The notes below the pieces were generated by a model. The model was not told the origin of the DNA, did not search any database, and worked only from the letters and a program-made list of their open reading frames with translations. A stretch of DNA of 49,084 nucleotides, counting the filler, from Sphacelaria rigidula (lineage: Eukaryota), in NCBI GenBank assembly GCA_964200075.2. It is 3 parts of 3 records of this genome, joined end to end, with 100 filler letters (N's around TTAATTAATTAA, not from the genome) between each part and the next. Parts side by side here need not be neighbours in the genome. Positions count along the whole stretch, not along the records: positions 32,792 to 49,084 come from CAXNAA020001407.1; 2 more parts are not named here. One strand, 5' to 3'. Positions 44,562 to 49,084 of the stretch are shown piece after piece (position 1 is the first letter of the stretch; each line of letters opens with the position of its first letter). The position numbers and the translations under genes are program-made.

Positions 44562-47500
44562 TCATAAACGGCTCCGGACAATCACGAGGTAAAGTGTGCT
44601 CGCTACCCCGCAGCTCAAACAGTAAGGACCAAACGCTCTTCGCTTAGCTATCCTTTCATCCTTACTTCCAAACGGTTCGTAGAAGCGGGGGTCATTGAAC
44701 GGTCCAAAACCACGCTTATGGCGCTTCCTTTCGCCGATCGCATAATCGTAACAGTACTCGTCCTCCTCCTCTTCACAATCTTTACCCTCGCCGACCATCA
44801 TCACTCGGTTGTACTGTCGTCCATACTCCGTGTCAGTGCGAGTTTTGGCACGGTTGGAGTGTCCTGTGTACGTCGAGGCTCCAAATCGTTGAGGCTCAAC
44901 AGCACCTAACTGATTGATTTCGTGCAAACGTAACGACAACAACATGTGGTCCATGTCATCAAACGGTGAGGGGCTGTCGTTACGGTGGGCGAACAAAACT
45001 GCACTAATGCCGGGAAATTGGTCATCAATAATGGTTTTGACGGTCGCTTTGATAGCCAGGTCACCCGGTGTGGCATACCGCCCGATATTGCGTACATTCG
45101 AGACAAGCAATTTGATCCTAGACAGGAACATCGCAAATGAAGTGCCAACGGGCACCGTAAACTGTGTTAACATGCTCATTACGCCCTCTGGGGTGACTTT
45201 ACTGAGCACTCGGCTCATCAACACGAGCAGGTGGTCAAAAGCCTCCGGTCCGGTTTTACTCCTCTCCTCCTGCAAGCGTACGGCTTGCTCGGTTGCGTCG
45301 TTTATGTGGGCGCGTAAGGCCACAGCTTCCTGAGAACCAGAGCGGATGGCACGCAACAAATATCGTTGTAAGCATTTCTCCCACCCACGCGTCCAATGAA
45401 CGGCGTCAGGATCACCGGCACTGACACGGATACTTCCCACGGCATCCTTCATAGCTTTGCAAAATACCACTAGTTCACCGATTTTCTGGTTTTGCGCAGA
45501 GGGAAGAGATGGCAACTCAGGCAACAGTTTAATGTTGAGTTTCGCCTACTCTTTTGCGACTACTGGGTTCCAACCTGCACGCGGAGACTGAGCAACCGTG
45601 TGACCCGCAACCGAAAAATCATCACCTACGTCACCAGGGTCCAACGTTTCAAACCGTTCGTCACCATACCTGCCATACTGATTAGCCGAGCGACCCCGAC
45701 CCCCACCACGTCCACCACGTCCACCTCCCCCACCGCCGCCACCGCCAGCACCGCCCTTGTGGCGCACCGGACCGTAAGAGGGAAGATCGGTCTCCTCCCG
45801 GACCCGTTGGTCCGGACCCCCAGAAGCGTCAGCCTACGCCTGGCGATGCGCCAGAACTCCCTGACCAATGGGAACCAGATGCGCCTGGTAGGAGATTCAC
45901 TTCTCCAGGTCCCTACCGTCCACGCACGAGTCCGCACACAGGTGGTAGTCCACAAGCCAATCCGACAGGGACCCCCCGCCGGAAGCGTACGCAACATGTC
46001 ATCGTACGCCGCCGGGCTGTAACTGGGGTCGCTCGCGCGAGCGGGGGAGCCGACCAGTCCAGGGTGTTGATGGGCCGAGACAGGCCGCATCGACACGGAA
46101 ACCCCCGCAGCAGGAGGGGGCGAGCGCGGAGTAGGGGGAGCAGTCTCAACCGCTTGGGCTTGGTGCTGCGGAGGAGCCTCACCGACTGCCTGAGCTTGAT
46201 GTTGAGCCCACTCCCTTGGCGACATACGCTTGACGTGGATGTCGGCGGTCACCCCATAGAGAGTGGTAGCCGACTCTCTGCTCTTGCGAGCCTCCACGAC
46301 TGACTGCTCCTTTCCTACGAGAGACGCTCGCAGGTAAGCCACCGACGCTTCCGCCGTCGCCAGCGCAGCACGGGCCTCATCCCGTTCGCGTTTGGCTGCG
46401 GCGAATTGATCACTACCGTCTGCCAGGCAATGACGGACTTCCTGAAGGGAAGAAGGGTGGATCGACGGGGGCACAGGCAGTGCCGTGGGCGGCTCGGGCC
46501 CGTCATTAATCACATCATCGGCCAGTACGCTAAAACGGCCATAAGAAGGAACCGCGGGGGTCACGAGCTCGGCACGGCTACTTAGGGGCTGCCTCGAGTA
46601 GCGTACACCCTTCGCGGCCTGAGCATATGTTCTGTCAGGCAGCAGGGGCGCATGAGAAGGAGCACTAGAACCACGCGAGTGCCGCGATGGCAAAACGTCA
46701 CCGCGACTCAATTCATTCGTGGATTCGTCCATAGAGCGGGTCAACAGTTCATCCGACGCGAGAGTGGCAGCAACTACCGCAGCTTGACGACGCTCTTCGT
46801 CAAACAGCATGTGCACAATCATTTCATCGGACAGCGCGCTACCTATCGCCGGTCGCGGCACTCCCGAGCTATGTGACTGACTACAACGAGTGGGGGAAGG
46901 GTAAGACGTCGTGGGGCGGGGGTGGGAGATAGGGAACTAACCTCCACCCGACCCGGCGGCCGTAGTTACTGCACGCTGGCCGTGGGGGTCCACCCCGGTG
47001 ATTCGACATCGATCAACATACGACAAATGACCCATGAGTTCCCGCACATGCTCTACCATGTCAAAACTCACCGCCTTGTCAGCGTCGAGCGCAGGCGGCG
47101 TATGCAGGGAAGGAGAGGCCCACCCTCAGCCACTGGCCCGCCGGCCATGCGCGGAACCGTCGCCACCCCCTCCGCGCGAGGTTTTCCCGACAGAGTAGAG
47201 TCTGTTACTTCTGTAACGGAGGGCGCATAAGGGAGGGCGCATAAGGCACTAGTGCGGGGCCCTCATACAACTGTTCGGCATTTCGGATGGACGCACGTAA
47301 TAGCCGACCGTCATGTGACAGCACACCCGCCCTACGAGCGGTGGCTGAGTCCTCTACTGCCACCGACACAGAGGTACCACGGCCTGAACGGTAAATGGGT
47401 TCTCCGTTTGCGCAACCAAAACCAGCCGTATCGGCGATGGCCAAGCGTTCATTTGCGTCCGCAGTTCGGACAGCACTGCCTACATTTGGATCATATTTCC

Positions 47501-48254
47501 CTCTCGCGACGGGAAAGGAGCCGGCCACGACCGCAGCCGCCAGAGACTGGACCAAAGACGCGAACCTCCTATGAGGCATTCCACGAGCGTTGCGACAAGA
47601 TCCCCGCGACGGCGAGTCCGGTGAAGCCGAACCCGCGCGCCCGGGATCAGAGGCCGAGGGGACGCTACGGCGCACCCCAAAATATCCGGGGTCAGAGACA
47701 GCCCCAACAGCAGCCGCCGCGGCATCTACAGGCGGGCGCTGTTAAATCCCACGTGCCTCGATATGTAGCTGAGAGCGACTTGGGTCCCGATCTAGCGAAA
47801 CAGTCTCAACTGCAAGAGCGCTAGAATGTGAGTCAACTGAAGCTGCATCCGCAACACGGCGCGACGGGACAACGGCCGTCGCCCCAGAAACAGGCGCAGA
47901 AAAATCAGTCCGTCCCAGGGAGTGGGAACGAGTCCGAGAGGCAACACTACCACCAAAGGTGTCATTACCAGAGACAGCAGACGTGGAAGCAGGAAAATCT
48001 CCACCTGAAACCGACATCGCAGAGCAATCCAACAGCGCCGCGTAGAGAAGAACAGGACGAGCCCAGACCGAAGACGTTGGAGCCACTGTCAGAACCACAA
48101 CTGGCTTGTGGTGTTCTCGTAGGTTCACGGGCGGGGGGTGTTCAGAGTTCTCGCTTGTGGTGCGGCTTGCTGATCGTCGATAAGAGGTGTCGAGCTGGTG
48201 TCCCAAAAAGATGTTGGTTGGTTGAGGCTTTATTATACTGCTTAGAGTGTACAA
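44562..48254 (-). pseudogene. Gypsy gag with a very long low-complexity N-terminal region
   Basis: Overlapping minus-strand ORFs 47742-48254, 47205-47675, 45626-46861, 45546-45767 (RGG-rich; same frame as 44562-45524 across one stop) and 44562-45524. Confidence 0.6.
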
Positions 48255-49084
48255 TGGTCTTTGACTTGCTGTTGGTATAGCTTCTCGGAAGACTGACCCT
48301 GGCGGGCAAGCAGCACACGCTCAAATCCCCCATGAACCCCCATTTACATTCACACATGCATCCATGGTGTCCATTCTCTTCGCAAATAGCAGAACTCCAG
48401 TCCCCTATATTCCTACGTTCAACTGCAACTTTCTGTTGTTGACTGAACCTACTTGTATCGCACTGCACGTCTATCTGAGATATATCACCAAGCCAAGTTC
48501 TTCTCAAAACCGAGCACGACTAATCAAAAGCTGGATGATACAACTTTTCTCCAGTTTCCACTAGATCCAAGTCATTCGTTATTCTGCACGCAGACTAAAA
48601 CACACGCAGGGCGTCTGCATGCGGGATCCTTCTTTACTCGTATCTCGTACACCTGCTATAGCTTATACGTGGGTGTATACTTTAATCCAATACTCTTGTA
48701 TTATATCAATCATTGCTCTGCGTAACGGCAGCTGAAACCCAGGCTCAGTTTGTGATCACGACAGTACTCTACTGTTGTGCTGCTGTATTACTGTACAACT
48801 GACTGTCTGTACGGCATCGCTGTAGTTCACCTTACCGCGATGTACTGTTGTAGGGTTCTACATTGCACTCTATACTGCACTGGCTGTACTCTGCACTGCA
48901 CAGCCCTACAGCACTACAGTACCCTGTGGTGCACCGTAGTAGATTGAAGCACTACAGGTGCAATGAAGCATGGCGTACGGCACGTACGGTGCCGCAGGGT
49001 ATGGTCCAGCAAATAACAACAAATTGTGAGAATTGAGGTTTAACTTCGAGATGAGGCTCAAGCCTAAAACAGTGCTTTCTCCAC

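Larger units (their letters stand above)
36763..48254 (-). mobile_element. Large degenerate Ty3/gypsy LTR retrotransposon (internal region, more than 11 kb; 5' LTR not seen)
   Basis: Gag-like ORF 44562-45524 ending in a frameshifted CLSCG..SEH..PRDC knuckle; protease VLIDSGS; RT WSSPLVVVSKKDGGIRL, LDILSGYF, YIDDI; RNase H TELEM..VVWAV, SDHQPL, NANADML; integrase HKEAVHLG, GIDLLGPLP, LLSDRGPEF, YHPQTNGMVERLN, GPY. PR-RT-RH-IN order. Confidence 0.95.

Overview
Eukaryotic, intron- and transposon-rich DNA; the repeat landscape and gene structure look like a brown alga or related stramenopile (inference). The window is a draft scaffold with two 100-nt gaps carrying an artificial TTAATTAATTAA spacer and two 10-N gaps. 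The only host gene I can support is not visible as such in the ORF track: eight minus-strand GT-AG exons (14841 to 470) splice in matching phases into 356 uninterrupted codons. These resemble the catalytic and C-terminal parts of Aspergillus Agd3, a CE18 galactosaminogalactan deacetylase (SHTxxH, PxITGLxN, GDNT, PRWA, YMFHQAN motifs). The 5' exons and the last exon were not found. The rest is mostly degraded mobile DNA. Non-LTR elements: a near full-length APE/RT LINE whose copies end in oligo(C) rather than poly(A), and a tRNA-derived SINE. LTR elements: a full-length Ty1/copia, the 3' end of a second copy, a solo LTR, and a large Ty3/gypsy element whose integrase carries a chromodomain plus a second Tudor-like module. 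Non-autonomous DNA elements: a Tc1/mariner-like MITE, a hAT-like MITE, a long-TIR MULE-like element nested in a CACTA-like element, and a cluster of TIR elements containing TTAGGG repeats. All homologies are from motif recognition by eye; no searches were run.
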